DNA from: a virus
DNA: 64,000 nucleotides
IMG/VR virus record: IMGVR_UViG_3300017917_002795
Location: 1 to 64,000 of that record
Direction: 5' to 3' (one strand)
Shown one piece after another: positions 55,266 to 64,000 of the stretch; the first letter of the stretch is position 1, and the number at the start of each line of letters is the position of its first letter. Made by a program: the position numbers and the translations under genes. The notes beneath the pieces are model-generated. The model was not told the origin of the DNA. It saw only the letters and a program-made list of their open reading frames with translations, and made no database searches.

Positions 55266-58200
55266 AGATTGACAAAATATTTCACATTTCAGACATACAT
55301 ATTCGCACTTTAAAACGTCACGCAGAGTATCGTCATGTATTTGAAAATTTATTCAATTATATTAATCAACATAAAACTGAACATAGCATAGCAGTTGTTA
55401 CTGGAGATATTGTGCATAGCAAATTAGATATGTCACCAGAACTTGTTCAAATGCTAGTTGATTTTTTCAATGGATTCACATTACCTACCATTGTTATTCT
55501 AGGTAACCATGACATGAACTTGAACAATATGCACCGCGTAGATGCAGTTAGTCCGGTGTTAGATGTTATAGGTAATTCAAATATTCGGTTTATCAAAGAA
55601 AATGGCACGTTTGAGTTTGGTGGCATTACATGGAATCATATGGCTGTTGATAAGACACCTGCAGATTATGTTCGAGCTGAAGATTTTACAGCTTCATATA
55701 AAATTGCAATGCACCATGGAGCTGTTCACACTGCAAAAACTGATATTGGATATGAAATTTCAAATGATCATGTTACCACAGATTTATTCGAAGGACATGA
55801 TATTACATTGTTAGGCGATATTCATAAACCAGCTCAATTCTTAGATGATGCTCAAAGCATTGCATATCCCGGTTCGTTGATCCAGCAGAACCACGGAGAA
55901 GCATTAGACCATGGAATTTTAGTATGGGATGTTGCTAGCAGATCAGCTGAATTTGTTCAAATTGAAAATGATTACGGATATGTTACATTAGAAGTGCATG
56001 GTGATAAAATTGTATCACATCCACACCGAATGCCACGAAAACCTAGAATTCGTATTAAATTCAATGATACTAGTGCAGCGGATATGAAAAAATTGATTGC
56101 AACTATTCGCAAGAAATATGATGTTCAAGATATCACAATACAACGAACTATTAACACTGCACAACAAGGCAATATTCAAAATTTAGCTATTGGAAATGTA
56201 CGTGACGTTGAATATCAAAACACACTTTTATCAGATTATATTGATTCAAATTTTCCACAAGCAACGGCAGCTGAAGTTGACGCAATACGACACATTAACA
56301 GAACCATTAATTCAAAACTCCCGGCAGTAGAATCAATTCGTCATACCACGTGGCATCCGGTGTCATTTGAATTTGATAACATGTTTTCATATGGAGAAGG
56401 CAATGTTTTAAATTTTGAAAATTTGTCAGATGTGTGTGGTTTATTTGCTGCTAATACTTCTGGTAAATCTAGTTTACTTGATGCTATTACATACACAATA
56501 TTTGATAAATGCAGTAAAACTGGCAAAGCAAATGAAGTATTAAACAACAAGAAAACATGGTTTCGTGGAGTATTTCGTTTTGAAATGAATGGCATTATGT
56601 ATACCATCGAACGACATGGAACTCAGAATAAAAAACATAAAACTCATGTTAAAGTTGATGTTAATTTTTATACTGATTCGGAAAATCTAAATGGTGAAGA
56701 ACGAAGTGATACTAATAAAAATATACGTAGATATTTAGGAACATATGATGATTTTATTTTAACTGCATTTTCACTTCAAGCAGATAACAACAACTTCATT
56801 GAAAAATCACAGAAAGAAAGAAAAGATTTGCTTTCACAGTTTTTAGACATCACGGTGTTTGAACAACTATATCAACTTGCTGCCGATGAAATCAAGGAAA
56901 CCGCCGGGCGATTAAAAGAATATAAGAAAACGGATTTTGCAGAAATCATTGTTAATGCAGACCAAATCATTTCAGAAAATCAACACACAATTTCCACATT
57001 AGAAAACACAGAAGATGAATTACAAGATAATAGAAATGCAATGCAAGAACAAATTGTTTCGTTGATTGAAACTAAAATGCCAACAACATATGATGGACCA
57101 AATATCAATGCACTGAAACAACAAGAAGCCACATTAATACAACAAATAGAAACAATTCAACAAGACATAGAAACTGCGGAACATGATTTAGATGTATTAA
57201 CTGATAAAATTGAAACACAAGAAACACAATTATCAGAATTTGATATCAATGATATAAACGAAAAAACCAAACAATATTCTAAAATTGAAAACACCGTTAA
57301 TACACTTTTACAGAATCATCGTCAACAAAAGGAAATAGTAAATGGCAAACAAGAGAAAATTGATCACCTTGCAACACACGAATATGATCCGCAATGTAAA
57401 TACTGTACATCTAACGTTTTCGTGCAAAATGCAATCGAAGCCCAGAATACAATTGATTCGGATAGAGCGGTATTAAATGACATTCAAACCCGTATACATG
57501 ATTTGAATTTGGAATTAGATGCTTTAAAGCCGGTGTTTACACAAACTGAACAATATAACGATTTGCAAACTGCAATCAAAACAAACAAGATTACATTGGA
57601 ACGCAATGAACTTCAACTTCAAATTTTAGAAAGCGATTTGCAAACACGTGAATCTGAATTAGAAACTGTTGTTGAACGCCAAGAAATGTTTCGTCGCAAT
57701 GAAACGGCTATCGCTCATAATGAAACTATCGATGTGCAAATTGAAACATGCAAATCTAAAATAACGACCTGCACTGAAAACATCAAACAAATTCAAACTA
57801 AAATCAAATCATTGCATGGGGCTATTGAAGTTTCTAAAACAAAAAAGGCAACAGCATTGCAACAACTTGAAATATATCAACAGTTAGAAATAGAATATAA
57901 AGCATATGAATATTACCTAGCTTCAGTTAAACGAGATGGAATTCCTTATGAATTAATTTCTAAAGCTCTTCCAAAAATTGAGGCTGAAATAAACAATGTG
58001 CTTAACCAAATAGTTGATTTTAATATGGTGTTAAACACGGATGGTAAAAACATTAACGGATACATCATTTACGATGAAGATAATTTTTGGCCATTAGAAT
58101 TAACTAGTGGAATGGAACGTTTTATTTCATCTCTAGCAATACGCATTGCACTTATTAATGTTTCAGCACTACCGCGTCCAAATTTCATTGCAATTGATGA

Positions 58201-58378
58201 AGGCTGGGGTTCATTGGATTCAGACCACATTTCTTCAGTAGTAAACTTATTTGAATATTTTCGTACTAAATTTGACTTTGCTATTATTATCAGTCACGTT
58301 GATTCAATGCGAGACATGGTAGATAATCTTATCGAAGTTAACAAAACATCAGGATATAGTCAGATTAATCATGTGTGA
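55256..58378 (+). CDS. Fused SbcD(Mre11/gp47)-SbcC(Rad50/gp46) nuclease-ATPase
   Basis: SDIH, TGD, GNHD, GDIH, YPGS; Walker A NTSGKSS; hook CKYC; signature TSGME; IDEGWGSLD; IISH. Confidence 0.92.
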   Translation: MDIKIDKIFHISDIHIRTLKRHAEYRHVFENLFNYINQHKTEHSIAVVTGDIVHSKLDMSPELVQMLVDFFNGFTLPTIVILGNHDMNLNNMHRVDAVSPVLDVIGNSNIRFIKENGTFEFGGITWNHMAVDKTPADYVRAEDFTASYKIAMHHGAVHTAKTDIGYEISNDHVTTDLFEGHDITLLGDIHKPAQFLDDAQSIAYPGSLIQQNHGEALDHGILVWDVASRSAEFVQIENDYGYVTLEVHGDKIVSHPHRMPRKPRIRIKFNDTSAADMKKLIATIRKKYDVQDITIQRTINTAQQGNIQNLAIGNVRDVEYQNTLLSDYIDSNFPQATAAEVDAIRHINRTINSKLPAVESIRHTTWHPVSFEFDNMFSYGEGNVLNFENLSDVCGLFAANTSGKSSLLDAITYTIFDKCSKTGKANEVLNNKKTWFRGVFRFEMNGIMYTIERHGTQNKKHKTHVKVDVNFYTDSENLNGEERSDTNKNIRRYLGTYDDFILTAFSLQADNNNFIEKSQKERKDLLSQFLDITVFEQLYQLAADEIKETAGRLKEYKKTDFAEIIVNADQIISENQHTISTLENTEDELQDNRNAMQEQIVSLIETKMPTTYDGPNINALKQQEATLIQQIETIQQDIETAEHDLDVLTDKIETQETQLSEFDINDINEKTKQYSKIENTVNTLLQNHRQQKEIVNGKQEKIDHLATHEYDPQCKYCTSNVFVQNAIEAQNTIDSDRAVLNDIQTRIHDLNLELDALKPVFTQTEQYNDLQTAIKTNKITLERNELQLQILESDLQTRESELETVVERQEMFRRNETAIAHNETIDVQIETCKSKITTCTENIKQIQTKIKSLHGAIEVSKTKKATALQQLEIYQQLEIEYKAYEYYLASVKRDGIPYELISKALPKIEAEINNVLNQIVDFNMVLNTDGKNINGYIIYDEDNFWPLELTSGMERFISSLAIRIALINVSALPRPNFIAIDEGWGSLDSDHISSVVNLFEYFRTKFDFAIIISHVDSMRDMVDNLIEVNKTSGYSQINHV

Positions 58379-58402
58379 TATTTATATTAAAATGTCATAT
58401 AC

Positions 58403-61400
58403 ATGAAGCGTAAAGAAGCAGTTTATAAAGGAGTAAATCTTACGGAAGTTTATTTTGAAGATACATCATTAACATCACCAGAATATTTTCAAATATCAGA
58501 ATTTCCAACACGTTTAACTGCTGGGAAAAATCTATTTAAACTTCGAGGACATCCCACAAATTTACGGGTTGGTGGTGTTTTAAATTTAGAAGTATTAGAT
58601 TATAACGGTGATCCTATCTACACAGAAATTGTTGATTATCTTGAAGAAGATAAGTCCCGAGTTATTGCAATCTATATTTATTCTGAAACATCACCGGGCG
58701 ATTGCACAGTAACATTAGTAGCTGAAGCAGTAACGATACAAGGTGCACCAGTGCCAATTGAATGGCAAGGACGTCCTAACGTTAAATGGTCTAGAACTGT
58801 CCCGGTTAATCCAAACGTTTCCAATGAAACTGAAATCATATTTACCAAATCACCAGCAATCATAGTATCAGAACAGATAGGAGTACAATTAAATCGTATA
58901 TATCCATCCAATGAACAATTTCCAACATATACCACCGGTCAAGTTCGTTATTTTTCATTGAATGGGGAGCCTGCTATTGAAATTTCCTCCGGGAAATTCT
59001 CCGGAGACATGAAAACTGGTACTATAACTGTACCGGCTCCAGTAAACCCTGCCCCTACACCTAATTTTCCGGTGGTTTCCACGCCTTACGTGTCTACGAT
59101 AAAAAAGATATTATCTGAAACAACGGCTTTGTTAGATCGCGAATATACGGCTTTTAGTAGCCAAAGCATTGCACCACATATATACACGGAATTTGCAGAG
59201 TCTGCATTTTCAATGTCATATGAAGCATCACCTACGTATGTGGCAACAGAAAACTCACAATCATTCGCATTGATACAACTTAAAGGATTAGATCCATCAA
59301 CTGGTGATGTGTCTCGAATCAAAGTTTATACCAATAACAAAGGTACGGTTGGAACATGGGAATTGGTTAATGATATTGAGTTAGAAGAAACGGAAATATT
59401 CGTAACTAGCACAGCATCATTATTTCCAGATGAATCTATAGGATCATTTGTATCACAGAGTATTATTGACACATATTGGGAAGGATTTACATATCAAGGT
59501 AAAACCACAGCAACTGCACCTGTATTAACATGGTCTACTGCATCTATGAATAATGCCATGGTAATTGGCAATGTTGTTGATATATCTGCTCTAAATGCAG
59601 TGAATGTTGTTCAAACTAAAGAAGCATTTAATGGGGTATTCATTGAAAAATCTGCATATAAAGTTACCATCGATGCAATTGGAAGTAGATCCGCAGATGG
59701 ATTGAATCCAAAACTATCCGTGTATGTGTCTGGATCTGCATTTTCATTTGATACTACCGATTACTTTAATCAAGAATTACCTAGAATTCTAGGTAAACGC
59801 ATCGGAGAAATTGAAATTACATCAAATTCACAACGCATTGATGATAAAGTATTTAATTTTGAATCTGATTATGATGGAACGGGTGCTTTACTATTTGTTA
59901 TAGAAGCTGGCAACTGGGAACTATCTGATGTGCGAACTACTACGGATAATGATGCAGGGTATTCGCCAAACTACACCAGATTGCGTTCTGTTATTAATAC
60001 TCCACATAAATCAAACAATCAGATTTCATTTAAAGTAGAATATTATAATGTTGCTGGCGTAAAGAGTAAACAAGAATCATATCTTTACAACAATTCATGG
60101 AAAGGTGGTAATCGTTATATTGATGGCGATTATTCAATGCTAACCGGTTCACTCTATGTTGCAGATTCATTGGAATCGGGTGTTGCAATATCCGGATATA
60201 AAGATACTGGTTTTGTTAGATCATTAGGATATGAAGGATTTGAAGCTGGATTTCCAGGATTCTTGCTTTGGAGTGGATCTGCATTATCTGGTTCAGCAGG
60301 TTCAAAAGGAGGTGTTCCTTATAGTGGCGTTGGATTAGAACTGTATGCCAATACCGCAAGTTATTTTAGATACTCGACTTCAGATTCAGAAATTGATGTG
60401 CGTACTGACAAATTCTTTTTTGGAAATCCAAATACTGCATATATCAGTGGTAGTAATGGCTTGTTAGAAATTTCATCATCTAAATTTTTATTAAGTAGTA
60501 GTGGAGCTGTTTTTATTGAAGGCGATGTTAATGCAACTGTTGGAAACTTTGAAGATGTGAATATAATAGGTATTCCGGTATTCCAATCAGGATCATTGCT
60601 TTATTTTTTAGAAACATGGTTTACATCATCAACGTATATTTTAAATGCATATAACGGAACACAATCAGCAGCTCCTGTTACATCATATTTTAATTATGGA
60701 TTATTAGGATGGTCTGCTAGTAACAGTGCATTAGCAACGCCTCTTTTTACATCATCGATCATGTCTGCGTCTAAATATTCTGGCGTAACAACTCCAAAAC
60801 CTCCTTTGTTTAAACAATGGTTTGAATATACGCATGACAATTCATATTATCCATATTATCCATATGGATCAAAACAATACAATCCAGTAAATAATGTACA
60901 ATTTAGAATTCCAGATGCTGGCACAGGAACGTATACAATAACTAGTGATATAATAACAATACCTGTCGACATATTATCATCTGATAACATGGAAGGATTA
61001 TTATTGCAAACAGTCGCAATGATTGGGCCTAGTTTTGGAGGATATTCGCCTAGCATAAGTGTTCAAATACAAAATGCTAGCGGAGTAAATTTAAAAACTT
61101 TAACATATACTGTTGATAATTCTAGATGGAATTATTTTAATATTGCATTAACACCTATATTAGTATCATATGATTCCTTTGGAAGCCTGACAATAACTAA
61201 TCAAATACGAATTCGATTAAGTTGGTCTGGTGCAAATACACCAGGGGGTGGTAATCTTAATTGGATTAGATGGGGAGAATTACGAATCATAAAAATACCA
61301 CAAGGACCAGGATTATCAATAACTAACGTTACTTTTGGTGATAGTGCATTATCCTCCGGACCATTATTTAATACATCTGGTAGCACTCAACATCTAGGAC

Positions 61401-61786
61401 ATTTTGTTCCAGAAGACGATAATGCTTATAATTTAGGTATTTCTAACCGTAGATGGGATGATATTTATGCTACTAATAATGTAATTCAAACTTCAGATAT
61501 ATCGCAAAAAGAAAATATAATAGATTCTGATTTAGGATTACATTTCATAAATTTATTGAGGCCGGTTAGTTATAAATTCAAAGAAAGATCTAGAACACAT
61601 TATGGGTTAATCGCTCAAGAAGTTAGTGCATCATTAATGCAATTAGATAAAACAACAAGTGAATTTGCTGGTATCGTGACAGGGTCTTTGCTTGGATTAC
61701 GATATATTGAACTATTATCACCTATGATTAAAGCAATACAAGAACTATCTACAGAAGTACAACAATTAAAATTAAATCAAAAATAA
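58403..61786 (+). CDS. Tail/fibre protein with C-terminal intramolecular chaperone (peptidase S74)
   Basis: TSDISQKENI...LRPVSY...GLIAQEV...MIKAIQEL. Confidence 0.85.
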   Translation: MKRKEAVYKGVNLTEVYFEDTSLTSPEYFQISEFPTRLTAGKNLFKLRGHPTNLRVGGVLNLEVLDYNGDPIYTEIVDYLEEDKSRVIAIYIYSETSPGDCTVTLVAEAVTIQGAPVPIEWQGRPNVKWSRTVPVNPNVSNETEIIFTKSPAIIVSEQIGVQLNRIYPSNEQFPTYTTGQVRYFSLNGEPAIEISSGKFSGDMKTGTITVPAPVNPAPTPNFPVVSTPYVSTIKKILSETTALLDREYTAFSSQSIAPHIYTEFAESAFSMSYEASPTYVATENSQSFALIQLKGLDPSTGDVSRIKVYTNNKGTVGTWELVNDIELEETEIFVTSTASLFPDESIGSFVSQSIIDTYWEGFTYQGKTTATAPVLTWSTASMNNAMVIGNVVDISALNAVNVVQTKEAFNGVFIEKSAYKVTIDAIGSRSADGLNPKLSVYVSGSAFSFDTTDYFNQELPRILGKRIGEIEITSNSQRIDDKVFNFESDYDGTGALLFVIEAGNWELSDVRTTTDNDAGYSPNYTRLRSVINTPHKSNNQISFKVEYYNVAGVKSKQESYLYNNSWKGGNRYIDGDYSMLTGSLYVADSLESGVAISGYKDTGFVRSLGYEGFEAGFPGFLLWSGSALSGSAGSKGGVPYSGVGLELYANTASYFRYSTSDSEIDVRTDKFFFGNPNTAYISGSNGLLEISSSKFLLSSSGAVFIEGDVNATVGNFEDVNIIGIPVFQSGSLLYFLETWFTSSTYILNAYNGTQSAAPVTSYFNYGLLGWSASNSALATPLFTSSIMSASKYSGVTTPKPPLFKQWFEYTHDNSYYPYYPYGSKQYNPVNNVQFRIPDAGTGTYTITSDIITIPVDILSSDNMEGLLLQTVAMIGPSFGGYSPSISVQIQNASGVNLKTLTYTVDNSRWNYFNIALTPILVSYDSFGSLTITNQIRIRLSWSGANTPGGGNLNWIRWGELRIIKIPQGPGLSITNVTFGDSALSSGPLFNTSGSTQHLGHFVPEDDNAYNLGISNRRWDDIYATNNVIQTSDISQKENIIDSDLGLHFINLLRPVSYKFKERSRTHYGLIAQEVSASLMQLDKTTSEFAGIVTGSLLGLRYIELLSPMIKAIQELSTEVQQLKLNQK

Positions 61787-61807
61787 CATATTTATATTAA
61801 AATTCAT

Positions 61808-63868
61808 ATGAACAAAATAACAGTGTTATTTCCTGGAGGATTCAAGCCTTTAACTGGAGCTCATCTTGCATTAGCCCAACGTTATGCTGCGTTACCCAAT
61901 GTAGACCGTGTAATACTGCTAATAGGTCCAAAAGATCGAGACGGCATTACACGTGAAAAAACCATTGAAATTTTCAACACATTGAATTCAAATCCACAAA
62001 TTGAAATTCAACCTACTCAATTCAACTCTCCTATTATGGCCGCATATGAATACTTATTTGCATTGCCTGAAGATGCCGTTGGTAATTATGCAATGGCCGC
62101 TTCAACCAAAGGAGATGATTATGTTCGAGCAAAAGCTTTTGTTCCAAACGTAGATAAATACCGAACCGTCGGAGACAAATCCGGACGTAAAATACCACAA
62201 GGTGTTAATGCAACGGAATTGAATTTAGATGTAGATCCATTACTATATAATTCAGGACAACCTATTTCAGCTACCATAGTTCGTCAAGCCATACAAAACA
62301 ATGATTATGACGAATTCCGTGCAGCATATCCAAATAATTCTGATGCTGAAGTACGTAATGCATGGCAAATACTAACCGAAGTACGAGAATCTAACACATG
62401 GCTAGATGAAATTTCTGAAGATGTTATCAAGTTTTTAGAAGGTTATATGGATACTAAAACTGCGGAAAAACACAAATCTAAAATTTCAAAACTAAAACGC
62501 TTTTTGGATTCTAATTTTGGAAAACCATTTACGTATGATTTTGATGAATTTGAAAAAACAGTGGTGGGTGTTAAATTGAATGAAGCTATTCAACTGTTTA
62601 AAGAAGGAGGTGCCGCAGGTCATATGTCACATCCATATGATGATTATGCATTATCTTTTGGTGATATGAAAGAAATTGTTGCTCGAGCTCTTTCTGGACG
62701 ATTAGATATCGAAGAAGCCGTTACTGAAAAGACTGATGGACAAAACATTCAAGTAACATGGAAGAATGGCCAACCTGGTTTTGCTAGAAACAAAGGAACT
62801 GTGATCAATCCAATGACTCCTGATCAGCTGATTGCGGATTTTGAAAGAAAATATCAAGAATCAATACAAAAGAATGGAGCTGAAGCGGCTGAAGGATATA
62901 AACGCGTTGTAGAAGCATACCGAGCATGTGCAGAAGATTTAACAAGCGCATTAACTAAACTTCCGGATGAAACCTTAGCAAAAATATTCAAAAATGGTCG
63001 AGTATTTGCAAACATGGAAATCATTTTTCCAGCCACGCGCAATGTTATATCATATGACAAAGCACATCTTCAATTTCACAATCTAGTTGAATATGATGAA
63101 GCAGGAAATCAAGTTGAAACTGATTTAACTGGAGGAGGAATGCTACAACGTGTCATACAAGATGCAAACGCTCACCTACAAAAAACATTTTCATTTATAC
63201 CACCACAACAAATCAAGATAGGACGCATCACAGATTTTGAAGATCAACAAGCAGCATTTTTCAGTGAAATTGATCAATTACGAAACAAATACAATTTAAA
63301 AGATACGGACCTAGTTTCAGAATATCATAGAGCATGGTGGGCAGATGTAATTCGCTCAAAAGCTCAAGAGTTAGGATATGAAATTCCAGATGATATTTTA
63401 ACCACATTAACTAATCGTTGGGCATTCGCAGATAAAAGCACTAATATATCTATGCTTAAAAAACAAATTGAAAATGCAGACTTTGCCGGTTGGGTAACTG
63501 AATTTGATAAACGTGATTTCAAAACATATCAAAAACAAAACATGGAACCGTTTGAAACAATATTTTTACGGTTAGGTGCAGTAGCATTACGAAATGCAGA
63601 AAATTTCTTAGCTGCAAATCCATCTGCATCAGTTCAACAAATCAAACAAGAAATCGCAGAATTGATCAAAGATCTACAAACACGTGGCGATGAAGCAACT
63701 GTAAAAAAATTAGAACATGAACTTCGTCGCATACAACGCCTAGGAGGTTTTGATGCAATAGTACCATCTGAGGGTGTTGTATTTGTGTACGGAGGGCATA
63801 CATATAAGCTTACAGGATCATTTGCTCCTGTTAATCAAATTTTAGGAGTATTGAAATACGCGCGGTGA
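61808..63868 (+). CDS. Cytidylyltransferase-like domain fused to a ligase-like nucleotidyltransferase domain
   Basis: PGGFKPLTGAH and ISATIVR; then GHMSHP, EKTDGQN (KxDG), EGVVF, YKLTG. Confidence 0.75.
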   Translation: MNKITVLFPGGFKPLTGAHLALAQRYAALPNVDRVILLIGPKDRDGITREKTIEIFNTLNSNPQIEIQPTQFNSPIMAAYEYLFALPEDAVGNYAMAASTKGDDYVRAKAFVPNVDKYRTVGDKSGRKIPQGVNATELNLDVDPLLYNSGQPISATIVRQAIQNNDYDEFRAAYPNNSDAEVRNAWQILTEVRESNTWLDEISEDVIKFLEGYMDTKTAEKHKSKISKLKRFLDSNFGKPFTYDFDEFEKTVVGVKLNEAIQLFKEGGAAGHMSHPYDDYALSFGDMKEIVARALSGRLDIEEAVTEKTDGQNIQVTWKNGQPGFARNKGTVINPMTPDQLIADFERKYQESIQKNGAEAAEGYKRVVEAYRACAEDLTSALTKLPDETLAKIFKNGRVFANMEIIFPATRNVISYDKAHLQFHNLVEYDEAGNQVETDLTGGGMLQRVIQDANAHLQKTFSFIPPQQIKIGRITDFEDQQAAFFSEIDQLRNKYNLKDTDLVSEYHRAWWADVIRSKAQELGYEIPDDILTTLTNRWAFADKSTNISMLKKQIENADFAGWVTEFDKRDFKTYQKQNMEPFETIFLRLGAVALRNAENFLAANPSASVQQIKQEIAELIKDLQTRGDEATVKKLEHELRRIQRLGGFDAIVPSEGVVFVYGGHTYKLTGSFAPVNQILGVLKYAR

Positions 63869-63907
63869 TATATTTATATTATATTTATATAGAAAATAGG
63901 ACGAGTA

Positions 63908-64000
63908 ATGGCTGAAAAACATAAAAGCAAATACAAGAAACCAGAAAATAAGAAACCAACATATCGTAAAGATTTAAAAGATTATACGATGGATGATAAA
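63908..64000 (+). CDS. Partial ORF (MAEKHKSKYKK...), runs off the window
   Basis: Late motif at 63870. Confidence 0.55.
   Translation, partial: MAEKHKSKYKKPENKKPTYRKDLKDYTMDDK

Noticed and set aside
16887-63060. Many minus-strand ORFs (for example 16887..17387, 26605..27021, 41416..41949)
   Set aside because: Antisense shadows of well-supported + strand genes
1-64000. Stop-codon recoding (TAG read as sense)
   Set aside because: Long genes are intact under code 11, and TAG stops are closely followed by the next gene (for example 8214 and 8446)

Overview
A 64-kb segment of an AT-rich, large tailed dsDNA phage, probably a contractile-tailed one (gp25- and gp6-like baseplate genes). The host is most likely Bacteroidota: promoters follow TTGG/TAGG-N19-TAnnTTTA, and there are Hc1- and DUF4494-like genes. 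Nearly all genes are on the + strand. Layout: 1-14.0 kb is a hyperplastic array of small ORFs with tRNA-Ser, tRNA-like RNAs and a structured ncRNA. 14.05-21.3 kb is an island of ten repeated strong promoter-leader cassettes, carrying a sigma-70 factor and an AAA+ ATPase and bounded by repeat-rich non-coding DNA; it may be a terminal repeat / pre-early host-takeover module. 21.3-37.7 kb holds late and mixed genes, many with a shared N-terminal leader. 38-53 kb holds baseplate and tail genes. 53-64 kb holds a resolvase, primase, an SbcD-SbcC fusion, a tail protein and a nucleotidyltransferase/ligase-like protein. The strongest novelty candidates are: (1) an RNA at 14.95-15.13 kb with two different stems showing an identical 16-nt loop that is antisense to the leader shared by the island genes; (2) four tRNA-like RNAs with a constant acceptor/T-arm scaffold and unrelated structured middles; (3) two ~370-nt late-promoter ncRNAs with kissing loops; (4) a putative capsid-targeting leader on kinase, GNAT, WYL and lysin cargo. 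All calls come from reading motifs by eye; no database search was run.
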